This document shows, piece by piece, positions 1 to 10,670 of a stretch of 64,000 bases of DNA. The stretch's first letter is position 1; each line of letters starts with the position of its first letter. The translations under genes and the position numbers were made by a program. The DNA comes from an uncultured delta proteobacterium (GTDB lineage: Bacteria > Myxococcota_A > UBA9160 > UBA4427), in contig CAWGJT010000006.1 in the NCBI GenBank assembly GCA_963822965.1, forward strand, positions 576,001 through 640,000, written 5' to 3'. A model generated the notes under the pieces. That model saw only the letters and a program-made list of their open reading frames with translations. It searched no databases and was not told the DNA's origin.

Positions 1-1281
1 GCCGTCCCCCTCCTCGGCTTCCGCGCTTCGCGGAACGAACACCGGCTCGCCCAGGGTGTCGCCCTCGGGCAGCCGGTGCATCCGCTTCTTGCCGGTGGCG
101 AGATCGTAGTGGAGCACCGCGTCGAACCCCGGACGCGAATCGAAGTCCCGATCTCGAGGACGCGAGCCGCCGCCGCTGTAGCCGTGGCGATAGGTCTTGC
201 CCGCATGGCGTTCGTCGAGACGCGGAAACTCGCAGGGACAGTCGTCCAGGGCCTCTTCCTTCACGGTGCCGCTCGTCAGGTCGATCGTCCAGCGGTGGAG
301 CGTCGCCGGCGCCGAGCCCTCGACGCCGAAGAACGGGAGCCGCGGGTAGCGGGCGACCTCGGCGATCACCCGCTGTCCGTCGCTGTGCGCGTTCATGGGG
401 TGGAAGACGTAGCAGGGATCGCTCTGGACCCAGACCACGTCGGCGCTGCCCCCGTCCCGCGGCATCACGCCGATGTGGGTGCCCGCCTCGGGGCGCCACA
501 CCAGCGGGGAGCCCGTCTTCTCGATGGCTTCGAGGTCGAAGACCGCGGGGAACACGGGGAAGATCACGTGGGACTCGGTGGTGATGAAGTCGTGCATCAT
601 GCTGGCGAAGGGGACGTCGATCTCGACGCTGCGAACGAGGCGTCCGGCGGCATCCACCACCATGTAGGTGAGGAAGGGCGGCAGCGGCGCGTAGGCGAAC
701 ATCAGCATCTCGCCCGAATCGGGGTCCATCTTCGGGTGCGCGGTCATGATGCCGGGCACGATCCCGCTGTCGTTGCCCGCGAGCGCGGGATCCAGGTGAC
801 GGACGAGCTTTCCCTCGAAGTCCCACAGTCCCCGGGTCTCGAGGCTCAGCGGGTCGAGCTCGTGGGGCGGTCCGGCCTCCCACAGGGCCAGGAGCCGCCC
901 GCCGTGCCACACGATGTTCGTGTTGGCCGCATTCCCGCTGACGCCGGCGATGCGTTCGTCGCCCGCCGTCATGTCGGCGAGCCCGCCGAAGAGCGCCTGG
1001 CCCGCCTCGCCCTCGCGCCGGAAGCGCTCGGTCTGGACCCAGCGGTTGCGGTAGTCGCAGTGACCGTCCTCGAAGAAGAAGCCGTGGATCATCCCGTCGC
1101 CGTCGAACCAGTGGTAGCGGCCCCTGGGCGCGAACTGGGGGTTCGGCCCGTTGCGGTAGTAGGCGCCGTTCAGCTCGCGCGGAATCTCGCCTTCGACGGC
1201 CAGGTCGCGGATCTGCCCCTCCATCGGCCAGGGCGCGAAGTTGCCTTCCAGGAACGGGACGGCGGGAAAGGGCTTGCTCAT
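1..1281 (-). CDS. Carotenoid oxygenase family dioxygenase (lignostilbene/apocarotenoid cleavage type); 3' end runs off the window
   Basis: Not in the ORF track; read manually from ATG 1281: MSKPFPPVPFLEGNFAP...GEIPRELNGAYYRNGPNP...HWFDGDGMIH...NAANTN...TAHPK...MMHDF...VFHPMNA...EFPRLDER...GEPVFVPR. ATGA overlap with the tetR stop. Confidence 0.93.
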   Translation of the reverse strand, partial: MSKPFPAVPFLEGNFAPWPMEGQIRDLAVEGEIPRELNGAYYRNGPNPQFAPRGRYHWFDGDGMIHGFFFEDGHCDYRNRWVQTERFRREGEAGQALFGGLADMTAGDERIAGVSGNAANTNIVWHGGRLLALWEAGPPHELDPLSLETRGLWDFEGKLVRHLDPALAGNDSGIVPGIMTAHPKMDPDSGEMLMFAYAPLPPFLTYMVVDAAGRLVRSVEIDVPFASMMHDFITTESHVIFPVFPAVFDLEAIEKTGSPLVWRPEAGTHIGVMPRDGGSADVVWVQSDPCYVFHPMNAHSDGQRVIAEVARYPRLPFFGVEGSAPATLHRWTIDLTSGTVKEEALDDCPCEFPRLDERHAGKTYRHGYSGGGSRPRDRDFDSRPGFDAVLHYDLATGKKRMHRLPEGDTLGEPVFVPRSAEAEEGDG

Positions 1282-1952
1282 GCAGGGCTCCTCTTGGCTT
1301 CGGGGGAATCGCTGGCTGCCGCACCGCAGGCGCTCTCCACGCAGCGGATGGCCTCGCTCAGATATGCGCCCTCGTCGGCTCCGTCGCCTTCGATGAAGCA
1401 GCTCTGCAGCGCGCCTGCGACGAGCGCATGGCAGAGCTCGGCGACGATGCGGGTGTTCATGGAGCGTGCGGCGCCGAGCGCGACCGCCGCCTGCAGCGTC
1501 TTCTCGAGGGCGGCGACGATGGGATCGTGGGTGCCCGCGCGGACGAGCGGGGCCAGGTCGGGATCGCGCGTCGCGAACGCGCGATGCAGCTCGCGGTGCT
1601 GGCCCACGAAGGCGAAGCCCGCCTGGATGGCGGCGCGCGGAGACGGGGGTCGTCTCGTGGGGTCGTCGCCGAACATCGCGCGCACGAACTCGCGGCCGTA
1701 GGAGGCGGCCACCGCCCCGAACAGCTCGCGCTTGGAGCGGAAGTGATGGAAGACGATTCCCTCGGAGACGCCGGCTGCCCGGGCGATGCCCGCGGTGGTC
1801 GTCCCCACGTAGCCCCGCTCCGCAAAGAGCCGGGCAGCGGCCGCGGCGATCTGCTCGCGCTTCTCGCCCGGGGCGCGGCGGCGGGCGTGGGGCGCCGCCC
1901 TGCGGGCGGTACCGGAACGGACGCGGCGGGCGGAGGCGCTCGACGAGGTCAC
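1278..1952 (-). CDS. TetR/AcrR family transcriptional regulator
   Basis: N-terminal HTH: IAAAAARLFAERGYVGTTTAGIARAAGVSEGIVFHHFRSKRELF. Confidence 0.93.
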   Translation of the reverse strand: MTSSSASARRVRSGTARRAAPHARRRAPGEKREQIAAAAARLFAERGYVGTTTAGIARAAGVSEGIVFHHFRSKRELFGAVAASYGREFVRAMFGDDPTRRPPSPRAAIQAGFAFVGQHRELHRAFATRDPDLAPLVRAGTHDPIVAALEKTLQAAVALGAARSMNTRIVAELCHALVAGALQSCFIEGDGADEGAYLSEAIRCVESACGAAASDSPEAKRSPA

Positions 1953-1961
1953 TCCCGAAGT

Positions 1962-1984
1962 CTTACTGAGTATGACTCAATAAG
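1962..1984. promoter_or_regulatory. Imperfect 23-bp palindrome, probable TetR operator
   Basis: CTTACTGAGT-ATG-ACTCAATAAG (10-bp arms, 1 mismatch), AT-rich, immediately upstream of the tetR start. Confidence 0.65.
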
Positions 1985-2017
1985 CAAGGCCTCGGCGCCG
2001 CGCTCGGACCGTGCCCC

Positions 2018-2668
2018 TCAGGCCCGCATGCCCCCGGCTGCGGCGGCCGGGTGGATGCTCTTCTCGGCGCTGGGCCGGGCGCCCATGCGCTCGAACCAGG
2101 CCGTCACGTGGGTGTGGGCGGGGTCGATGGGCTGCCCGACGCTGCCGCCGAAGTCGAGCAGGCAGTAGGCCACGATGTCCGCCAGGGTCGGGCGGTCGCC
2201 GGCAAGGTAGTCCCGATCGGCGATCAGGCGGTCGATGTGGCCGAGGCCCTCCTGGGCGATGGCCTTCCAGTCGTCCACGGCGGCGGGAACCAGGTGGCGG
2301 CGGTCCTTGAACATCGGCTCGCCCACGCCCGAGCGGAACGCGTCGGTCATCGGCCCCGTCACGTGGATCTCCACCCGGCGAATCCACATGCGGGTGCGCG
2401 CGCGCTCTTCGGGGGTGCTTCCCACGAGCGCGGGCTCGGGATGCAGCTCCTCGAGCAGCTCGCAGATGGCCGTCGTCTCCGAGACCACGGATCCGTCGTC
2501 GAGCACGAGACACGGCATCTCGCCCACCGGGTTCTTCTCGAGGTAAGCCGGCTGGCGGTTCTCGCCGGCCATGATGTCGATCTCCTCGGTCGGAATCTCG
2601 ATGCCCTTCTCGAGCATGAACATGCGGACCAGACGGGGGTTCGGACCGAGGGAGTTGTAGAACTTCAT
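2018..2668 (-). CDS. Glutathione S-transferase family protein
   Basis: GPNPRLVRMF...KNPVGEMPCLVLDDG...SETTAI...YLAGDRPTLADI. Confidence 0.92.
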   Translation of the reverse strand: MKFYNSLGPNPRLVRMFMLEKGIEIPTEEIDIMAGENRQPAYLEKNPVGEMPCLVLDDGSVVSETTAICELLEELHPEPALVGSTPEERARTRMWIRRVEIHVTGPMTDAFRSGVGEPMFKDRRHLVPAAVDDWKAIAQEGLGHIDRLIADRDYLAGDRPTLADIVAYCLLDFGGSVGQPIDPAHTHVTAWFERMGARPSAEKSIHPAAAAGGMRA

Positions 2669-2698
2669 GCGAGATCTCCTTGGGGGAACGAGGGGGGG

Positions 2699-3439
2699 TC
2701 AGGCCGAGGACGTCTGAGCCGCCCAGCGGATCCCCCGGCGGAGCAGCTCGTGGAACACCGGCACCTCCCAGGCGCCCCGCTCCACCACGGGATAGTAGTC
2801 GGCGAGCGGCTGCATGTCGTAGTGCCCCCGGCAGTGCCCCAGGGTGAGATAGAGCACCCCGCCCTTCCCCACCGCCTTGCGGTACATGACGAGGCGGGGC
2901 GCATCGTCCGGCCACTCGGCCTCGGCGAATCCGGGGGCCCGCCCCCGGAAGCGCGTCTCGAGCAGGGGCTCCAGCGGGCCGTGGTACTCGCACAGATACA
3001 GCTCGTCGGAGACCTCGAAGGGCTCGATGCCGCGCACGAGGGGGTCGTCCGAGCAGGGGACCACCCGGTACGGAGCGATGGGCGGGTGCGCGAGGAACTG
3101 GCTTCCCAGGGTCTGCATGAGCTGCGGGCACCAGCGGGGCGTCTCGAACGGAGGCCTTCCGGAGAACTCGAGCACCGCGTTCGTGCCGTGCAGCGCCAGC
3201 CAGCGTCCGCCCCCCGCGACCCAGCTCGCGAGGACGCGCTGCTCCTCCTCGCTCGGACGGACGTCGCACGTGTAGGTGACGAGGAAGTCCGAGGCCGCGA
3301 TCGCCCCGGTGTCGCGATAGTCGGCGGCGACCCCCGTGCGGATGGACTCGTGCTCCGCCAGCAGCTTCAGCAGCTCGAGGCGGGCGTAGTCCATGTCGTG
3401 GTACTTCCCACCGCAGATCAAGTAGGCGTCGATGGGCAT
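2699..3439 (-). CDS. ThuA domain (class I glutamine amidotransferase-like) protein
   Basis: C-terminal part of ORF 2699..5479, from ATG 3439: GGKYHD...GGRWLALHGT...FLAHPP...DELY...GKGGVLYLTLGH...LLRRGIRWA. Confidence 0.85.
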   Translation of the reverse strand: MPIDAYLICGGKYHDMDYARLELLKLLAEHESIRTGVAADYRDTGAIAASDFLVTYTCDVRPSEEEQRVLASWVAGGGRWLALHGTNAVLEFSGRPPFETPRWCPQLMQTLGSQFLAHPPIAPYRVVPCSDDPLVRGIEPFEVSDELYLCEYHGPLEPLLETRFRGRAPGFAEAEWPDDAPRLVMYRKAVGKGGVLYLTLGHCRGHYDMQPLADYYPVVERGAWEVPVFHELLRRGIRWAAQTSSA

Positions 3440-3456
3440 GGGCGGGCGACGGGGCG

Positions 3457-4215
3457 CTAGAAGTTGACGCGCTTCGTGTAGCCGCCGTCCACTACGAGGT
3501 TGACCCCGGTGACGAGGCTCGCAGCCGGGCTCACCAGGAAGGTCACGGCATTCGCCACCTCCTCGGGCGTTCCCAGGCGGCCCTGGGGACACGTCGCCAG
3601 CGTGCTCTCGTACAGGGGCTTCATGTGCTGCTTGATGGTGTCCCAGGCGCCGCCCTCGAAGTAGATCGGCCCCGGAGAAACCACGTTCACGCGGATGCCG
3701 CGGGGGCCCAGGGCCTGGGAGAGACCGTTCGCGTGGGTGATGAGCGCCGCCTTGATGGCGTTGTACGAGGTCGGCCCCATGAAGGTCTCGACGGCTGCGG
3801 TGGTTCCGATGAACACCACGCTCGCGGCGTCGGACTTCGAAAGGTGGGGCACGGCGGCGTCCACGCTTCGGACCGCGCCCATCAGGTCGACCTCGAAGTT
3901 GGCCTTCCAGGCCTTCTCGTCCGTGCCGTTGCCACCGCTCGGGTTCGACACCAGGATGTCGAGGCCGCCGAGATCCTCGGCGGCCGACGCGATCCACTCC
4001 TTCAGCGCCTCCCCGTCGGCGACGTCGAGGGCCCGCGCGAAGACCCGGACCCCGCGTCCTTCGAGATCCTTGCGCGCCTTCTCGAGCTCCTCTGCGTTGC
4101 GCGAGCAGATGGCGAGATCGACGCCTTCCGCGGCCAACGCCTCGGCGATCGCACGTCCGATGCCGCGGCTCGCGCCGGTGACGATGGCCTTCCTGCCTCG
4201 CAGTCCGAGATCCAT
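3457..4215 (-). CDS. SDR family oxidoreductase
   Basis: MDLGLRGRKAIVTGASRGIG, YNAIK (YxxxK), VNVVSPG, VDGG; start ATG 4215 with an AGGAGG RBS. Confidence 0.93.
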   Translation of the reverse strand: MDLGLRGRKAIVTGASRGIGRAIAEALAAEGVDLAICSRNAEELEKARKDLEGRGVRVFARALDVADGEALKEWIASAAEDLGGLDILVSNPSGGNGTDEKAWKANFEVDLMGAVRSVDAAVPHLSKSDAASVVFIGTTAAVETFMGPTSYNAIKAALITHANGLSQALGPRGIRVNVVSPGPIYFEGGAWDTIKQHMKPLYESTLATCPQGRLGTPEEVANAVTFLVSPAASLVTGVNLVVDGGYTKRVNF

Positions 4216-4425
4216 GGGTGTGCCTCCTGGACGAGTGGACGGGTGACGCGACGGCGCGAGCCCTCGCGCGCGGCCCGCGGCCGCCCCCCCAGTCTCGCAG
4301 ATCCCGCGCCCGGTGTGCACGGTCCGCGGTACCCGACGTATCCGCGAGCGGCGCTTCCATGTCGGATCCGACGGCTCCCCGGCTGCCCGCGGCGCGGCCC
4401 GCACGCGGGCGATAACGTCGGACCC

Positions 4426-4719
4426 GTGGCGACCCGCATCCAGGTCCGCGGTACCGACGGCCTCCTCTTCGACGGAGAGGCCTGCATCTCGCCCGGCGAG
4501 GGCGAGTGGACCTGGCGCGCCGAGTTCCGGGTGCCCAACACGCAGATCGCGCAGTTCCAGATGCGGCGCGGCGAGGAGGTGCGCGTGAGCGTGGACGACG
4601 CGAGCACCCACCGGGCGTGGATCGGCGGCTTCGGCTTCGACGACGACTCCAGCGCCAGCGGCATCGGCGGCCACGGCCGCATCCAGCTGCTGGGCCGCGG
4701 CGCGATCCCCGTTCCCTGA
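4426..4719 (+). CDS. Small hypothetical protein (~97 aa, beta-rich)
   Basis: Fills the gap between divergent/convergent genes with normal GC-rich codon use: (M)ATRIQVRGTDGLLFDGEACISPGEGEWTWRAEFRVP...; GTG start uncertain. Confidence 0.55.
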   Translation: MATRIQVRGTDGLLFDGEACISPGEGEWTWRAEFRVPNTQIAQFQMRRGEEVRVSVDDASTHRAWIGGFGFDDDSSASGIGGHGRIQLLGRGAIPVP

Positions 4720-4757
4720 ACCGTCCCCGTTCCCTGAGCCGTCCCCGCCCCGAGCCG
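4706..4757 (+). repeat. 18-bp tandem repeat (2 copies plus a degenerate third) spanning the stop codon of the small ORF
   Basis: TCCCCGTTCCCTGAACCG / TCCCCGTTCCCTGAGCCG / TCCCCGCCCCGAGCCG. Confidence 0.75.
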
Positions 4758-4761
4758 CGAG

Positions 4762-6045
<1,284 letters not shown>

Positions 6046-6141
6046 GGAGACCCTCGCCTTCCGCTCTGCCCTCGAGGGTATCATCCCGGCGCGGATTCGC
6101 GGCAGAGGCGGGTCGGGCGAATCCGTGTCGGATCCGGCGAT

Positions 6142-6205
6142 GCGGCCGAAGCCGATCGATCGAACGCGGCCGAAGCCGATCGATCGAACGCGGCCGAAGC
6201 CGATC
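6142..6205. repeat. 24-bp tandem repeat (~2.7 copies) abutting the pstB stop
   Basis: GCGGCCGAAGCCGATCGATCGAAC at 6142 and 6166, partial copy 6190-6205. Confidence 0.9.
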
Positions 6206-6965
6206 AGCCGAAGCGGCCGGTGATGTAGTCCTGGGTCCGCGAATCCTCGGGATTCGTGAAGATCTTCGAGGTTTCCCCCTCCTCCACCAGTACCCCGAGG
6301 TGGAAGAAGGCGGTCCGCTGGGAGATGCGGGCGGCCTGCTGCATGGAATGGGTGACCACGACGATGGTGTACGTCTGCCGCAGCTCGTCGATCAGCTCCT
6401 CGATTCGGGCCGTCGCGATCGGATCGAGCGCGGAGCACGGCTCGTCCATCAGGATGACCTCGGGCCCCACCGCGATGGCCCGGGCGATGCAGAGACGCTG
6501 CTGCTGCCCCCCGGAGAGGCTCGTGCCCGGATCGGCGAGGCGGTCCTTCACCTCTTCGAAGAGACCCGCCCGCTGCAGGCTCGACGCCACCAACTCCTCG
6601 AGCTCGCTGCGGTCCCGCGCCAGTCCGTGGATCCGCGGCCCGTAGGCGATGTTGTCGAAGATCGACTTGGGAAACGGATTCGGCTTCTGGAACACCATGC
6701 CCACGTGCTTGCGCAGAGTCACCACGTCGACGTCCGGGGCGTAGATCTCCTGGCCATCCAGGCGGATCGAGCCCTCCACGCGGCAGCTCTCGATCACGTC
6801 GTTCATGCGGTTGATGCAGCGGATGAAGGTGGACTTCCCACAGCCCGAAGGACCGATCAGGGACGTGACCTGGTGGTTCGGAATCTCGAGACAGACGTCG
6901 AAGAGGGCCTGCTTGTCGCCGTAGAAGACGGAGAGGTTCCGCGCCGAGACCTTGGTGGTGGGCAC
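6204..6965 (-). CDS. pstB: Phosphate ABC transporter ATP-binding protein
   Basis: [59 protein letters not shown] 6965 after a purine-rich RBS. Confidence 0.97.
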   Translation of the reverse strand: MPTTKVSARNLSVFYGDKQALFDVCLEIPNHQVTSLIGPSGCGKSTFIRCINRMNDVIESCRVEGSIRLDGQEIYAPDVDVVTLRKHVGMVFQKPNPFPKSIFDNIAYGPRIHGLARDRSELEELVASSLQRAGLFEEVKDRLADPGTSLSGGQQQRLCIARAIAVGPEVILMDEPCSALDPIATARIEELIDELRQTYTIVVVTHSMQQAARISQRTAFFHLGVLVEEGETSKIFTNPEDSRTQDYITGRFG

Positions 6966-7030
6966 TTCCTCCTTCTCCTCTTCCCGCTCTCCCGCGATCG
7001 GCGCTCGGAGCTTCTCCAATCGATCCGCCC

Positions 7031-8341
7031 TCACCAGCTCTGCTCGCTGCGGTTGCGCAGAACGATCGCCACCAGGTTCGTCACCAACAGTACGCCAACC
7101 AGCACGAGAATGGCGCCGCACGTCTTCTCGACGAAGGCGCGCTCCGGACTGTCCGACCACAGGTAGATCTGCACCGGCAGCGCGGTCGCGGGCGCCAGGG
7201 GACCTTCGGGAAGATCGGCGATGAACGCCACCATGCCGATCATGAGCAGCGGCGCCGTCTCGCCCAGCGCCCGCGCCATCCCGATGATGGTGCCCGTGAG
7301 GATGCCGGGGAGCGCGAGGGGCACCACGTGGTGGGCCACCACCTGCAACGGCGAGGCGCCCACGGCGAGGGCCGCTTCGCGGATCGAGGGAGGCACGGCC
7401 CGCAGCGCCGCCCGCGAGGCGATGATGATGGTCGGCATGGTCATCAGGGCGAGCACGAGCCCACCCACCAGGGGCGCGGAGCGCGGAAGCCCCATGAAGT
7501 TGAGGAAGACCGCCAGGCCGAGCAGGCCGAAGACGATCGAGGGCACCGCGGCCAGGTTGTTGATGTTGACCTCGAGGAAGTCCGTCACCCGGCCCCGCGG
7601 CGCGAACTCCTCCAGGTGAACCGCGGCGGCCACGCCGAGGGGGAAGGAGAGGAGCAGGGTCACCAGCAGCGTCCAGAAGGATCCGAGCAGCGCGCCGCCC
7701 AGACCCGCCACCTCCGGCTCGCGGCTGTCGCCGCCCGTGAGGAAGTTCCAGTCGAAGCTGCGCTCGATCCGTCCCTGCTCGCGGAAGGCGTCGAGCCAGT
7801 CGAGCTGCACGTTCTTCAGCTTGCGGCGCGACTCGTCGGAGGCGCGCGAGAGCTTTCCCTTCAGGTAGAGACCGGCCTCGTCGGACACCGGAAGCGCCAC
7901 CCGGATCGTCTCCCCGACGAGCGTCGGATCCGCCAGGACCCGGTCCTGCACCTCGAAGTCCGCGGCCGGCCCCAGCAGCGCGTACAGGAGCTTCAGGTTC
8001 CTGCGACCCGAGACCTCGGGCTGCAGCTCCCGAAGCTTGCGGCGGATGGCCGCGCCGTAGTTCGCCGTGCGCAGCATCTGCTTCTCGACGGCTCCCTCGG
8101 CCGGCAGCCCCAGGATGCTCCGGTCGAGGCGCAGGTCGACGAAGAGCTCGTCGTGACGGAAGGCCGAGACGCCTCGCGAGCCGATGCCGCCCAGGAGCCC
8201 CGCCAGCGCGAGCATCGCGGCGCCCACGGCCAGCAGCCCGTAGACCCGGAAGCGTCGATCGGCGGCGTGCCGCTTCCGCAGGCGGCGGCTCGCGCGCACG
8301 CCGCCGGGATCGGTCCCTGCGCCGAGCGGGGCGCTACTCAT
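7031..8341 (-). CDS. pstA: Phosphate ABC transporter permease PstA (long N-terminal extension)
   Basis: [42 protein letters not shown]. Confidence 0.96.
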   Translation of the reverse strand: MSSAPLGAGTDPGGVRASRRLRKRHAADRRFRVYGLLAVGAAMLALAGLLGGIGSRGVSAFRHDELFVDLRLDRSILGLPAEGAVEKQMLRTANYGAAIRRKLRELQPEVSGRRNLKLLYALLGPAADFEVQDRVLADPTLVGETIRVALPVSDEAGLYLKGKLSRASDESRRKLKNVQLDWLDAFREQGRIERSFDWNFLTGGDSREPEVAGLGGALLGSFWTLLVTLLLSFPLGVAAAVHLEEFAPRGRVTDFLEVNINNLAAVPSIVFGLLGLAVFLNFMGLPRSAPLVGGLVLALMTMPTIIIASRAALRAVPPSIREAALAVGASPLQVVAHHVVPLALPGILTGTIIGMARALGETAPLLMIGMVAFIADLPEGPLAPATALPVQIYLWSDSPERAFVEKTCGAILVLVGVLLVTNLVAIVLRNRSEQSW

Positions 8342-9320
8342 ACTGCTCCCGGTACCGGCGCACCACGTGCAACGCCACGACGTTGAGCACCAGGGTGACG
8401 AGGAAGAGCAGGAGCCCCAGGGCGAATGCCGACAGCGTCTTGGCGCTGTCGAACTCCTGGTCGCCGACCAGGAGCGTGACGATCTGCACCGTCACGGTGG
8501 TGACCGCCTCGAAGGGGTTGGCGGTGAGCCGCGCGGACAGGCCCGCGGCCATCACCACGATCATCGTCTCCCCGATCGCCCGGGAGAGCGCCAGCAGCAC
8601 CGCGCCGGTGATCCCCGGCAGGGCCGCCGGCAGCACCACCTGGCGGATGGTCTCGGCCCGGGTGGCGCCGAGCCCGAAGGAGCCTTCGCGCAGGGCGCTC
8701 GGCACGGCGTGGATGACGTCGTCGGACAGGGACGACACGAACGGGATGATCATCACCCCCATCACGAGCCCGGCGGCCAGCGCGCTCTCGGACGAGATGT
8801 GGATGCCCAGCGGCGCTCCCGCGTCGCGCAGGCCCGGCGCGATGAGCAGTGCGGCGAAGTAGCCGTAGACCACCGTCGGAATGCCGGCCAGGATCTCGAG
8901 GAGGGGCTTCACCCAACGGCGCACCCGCACGTGGGCGTACTCCGCCAGGTAGACGGCCGAGAAGAGCCCGACCGGTACGGCCACCGCCATGGCGATGGCC
9001 GTGATCAGCAGGGTGCCGGAGAAGACCGGGACCGCGCCGAAGGCGCCGGAGGAGCCCACCTGGTCCGCCCGCAGGGCCGTCTGTGGGCTCCACTCGAGAC
9101 CGAAGAGGAAGTCCGAGACGGGCACCCGGGCGAAGAAGCGCAGGGCCTCGAACAGCAGGGACAGCACGATCCCGACGGTGACCGCCACCGCCAGCGCCGC
9201 GCACAGCCACAGCAGGACCCGCACCCCCGACTCGAAGCGCCGGCGTCGCCCCCGCACCGTGGGATCGAAGCGGCCGCCATGGGCGGCCGCCTCGAGGTCG
9301 GCTTCACATACCGAGGACAA
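8334..9320 (-). CDS. pstC: Phosphate ABC transporter permease PstC (start uncertain)
   Basis: KPLLEILAGIPTVVYG, LREGSFGLGAT, SRAIGETMIV; lies between pstS and pstA. Confidence 0.94.
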   Translation of the reverse strand: MSSVCEADLEAAAHGGRFDPTVRGRRRRFESGVRVLLWLCAALAVAVTVGIVLSLLFEALRFFARVPVSDFLFGLEWSPQTALRADQVGSSGAFGAVPVFSGTLLITAIAMAVAVPVGLFSAVYLAEYAHVRVRRWVKPLLEILAGIPTVVYGYFAALLIAPGLRDAGAPLGIHISSESALAAGLVMGVMIIPFVSSLSDDVIHAVPSALREGSFGLGATRAETIRQVVLPAALPGITGAVLLALSRAIGETMIVVMAAGLSARLTANPFEAVTTVTVQIVTLLVGDQEFDSAKTLSAFALGLLLFLVTLVLNVVALHVVRRYREQYE

Positions 9321-10347
9321 TCATCCCCTCGGCGCGCTTCCGGGCGGTGGCCAGCCGCGCCGGGGGCAACGGGATCAGCCCCTTGTCGGCCAGATAGCCG
9401 TCCGGCCCCGCCGCCCGATCGCTGGTGAACTCGGCCACGAACTCCGGAATGCCGGGCACCTTGCCCACGTGCGCCTTCTTGACGTAGAAGAAGAGCGAGC
9501 GCGAGATCTCGTACTTGCCGTCGGCGATGTTCTCGAAGCTGGGCTCGATCCCGTCGATCACGCTGCCCTGCAGCTGGTCCGTGTTCTGGTCGAGGAAGGA
9601 GAACCCGAAGATGCCGATGGCATGGGGGTTGGACTCCAGCTTCTGGACGATCAGGTTGTCGTTCTCGCCCGCCTCGATGTAGCGGCCGTCCTCGCGGATC
9701 GCATGGGCGACCGCCTGGAAGGCCTTGTCGTCCTTGGCCTTGAGCTCGGCCAGCATCGGGCTCTTCTTGGCACCGCCCTCCATCGCCAGCTCGACGAAGG
9801 CGTCGCGGGTGCCCGAGGTGGGCGGCGGCCCCAGCACCTCGATCTTCACGTCCGGCAGGGCCGGATCCACGTCCCGCCAGGTCTGGTTGGGGTTCGGGAC
9901 GAGCTTTCCGTTGACGGGGATCTCCTTCGCGAGCGCGCGGAAGATCTGGTCGAGGGTCAGGGACAGGCGCTGGCTCTCTCGGGAGTTGGCGAGCACGATG
10001 CCGTCGAATCCCACCTCGACTTCGACGATCTCCTTCACGCCGTTGCTCGCGCAGGTCGCAACCTCGGAGGCCTTGATCCGACGCGACGCGTTGGTGATGT
10101 CCGGCGTGTCGAGGCCGACCCCGGCGCAGAAGAGCTTGAAGCCTCCGCCGGAGCCCGTGCTCTCCACCACCGGAGTGCCGAACTTCGTGGAGCGGCCAAA
10201 TTGCTCGGCCACCGCCGCCGAGAAGGGAAACACGGTGGACGAGCCCACGATCCGGATCTCTCGCGCCTCGGCACCCCCTGCGACCCCCAGCACGGTGAGG
10301 AACGAGGCGGCCACGAGGGCCAAGGGGGCAGTCCTGGTGAAGCTCAC
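9304..10347 (-). CDS. pstS: Phosphate ABC transporter substrate-binding protein
   Basis: Signal peptide; IVGSSTVFPF, ESTGSGGG, NASR, GPPPTSGTRDAF. Confidence 0.96.
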   Translation of the reverse strand: MSFTRTAPLALVAASFLTVLGVAGGAEAREIRIVGSSTVFPFSAAVAEQFGRSTKFGTPVVESTGSGGGFKLFCAGVGLDTPDITNASRRIKASEVATCASNGVKEIVEVEVGFDGIVLANSRESQRLSLTLDQIFRALAKEIPVNGKLVPNPNQTWRDVDPALPDVKIEVLGPPPTSGTRDAFVELAMEGGAKKSPMLAELKAKDDKAFQAVAHAIREDGRYIEAGENDNLIVQKLESNPHAIGIFGFSFLDQNTDQLQGSVIDGIEPSFENIADGKYEISRSLFFYVKKAHVGKVPGIPEFVAEFTSDRAAGPDGYLADKGLIPLPPARLATARKRAEGMIVLGM

Positions 10348-10475
10348 GGTTGGAACCCTCCTGTGTCGCTTCCGTCTCTATTCGCGAAGTCCGCGAAGTC
10401 GTTTCTGCGGGGCCTGGAAGCCGGCCCCCCGGCCGGCCCCTTGCTCCACGTGGACCCTAGGTGCACAGTCTGTGC

Positions 10476-10508
10476 GTGACGTGAAGACTGTGTGACGGTT
10501 TCGTCACA
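10476..10508 (-). promoter_or_regulatory. Candidate Pho box upstream of pstS
   Basis: Minus strand CCGTCACACAG-TCTTCAC: (G/T)TCAC half-sites 11 nt apart, with an inverted GTCACA at 10503-10508. Confidence 0.5.
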
Positions 10509-10555
10509 TTGAGAGCGATCGACGGCACCCGGGTAGCCTTTCGCTACGTAAAAAC

Positions 10556-10600
10556 GTCACATTTCGACCACTCGCCATGCCGGCGTCACGGAACCGTTGC
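10556..10600 (+). promoter_or_regulatory. Candidate Pho-box-like half-sites upstream of phoU
   Basis: GTCAC 10556 / ACCAC 10567; GCCAT 10574 / GTCAC 10585 / GTTGC 10596, at 11-nt periodicity. Confidence 0.35.
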
Positions 10601-10670
10601 ATGGCGACGCTTTCATGGTGCGTGCCGGCAGGCCGCCCAGCGTTCGGGGCCGAGAGGCCGGAGGAAATTC

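Noticed and set aside
76..1701. 541-aa plus-strand ORF and the many other long overlapping ORFs (e.g. 18173..22855, 26087..28894, 39796..42825, 41726..45142, 50467..53583)
   Set aside because: Antisense or off-frame shadows of recognisable genes; Arg/Gly/Pro-rich with no motifs, as expected from stop-codon scarcity at high GC.
10491..10508. CRP/FNR-type site TGTGA...TCACA
   Set aside because: The spacer is 8 nt rather than 6; better read as opposing PhoB-type half-sites.
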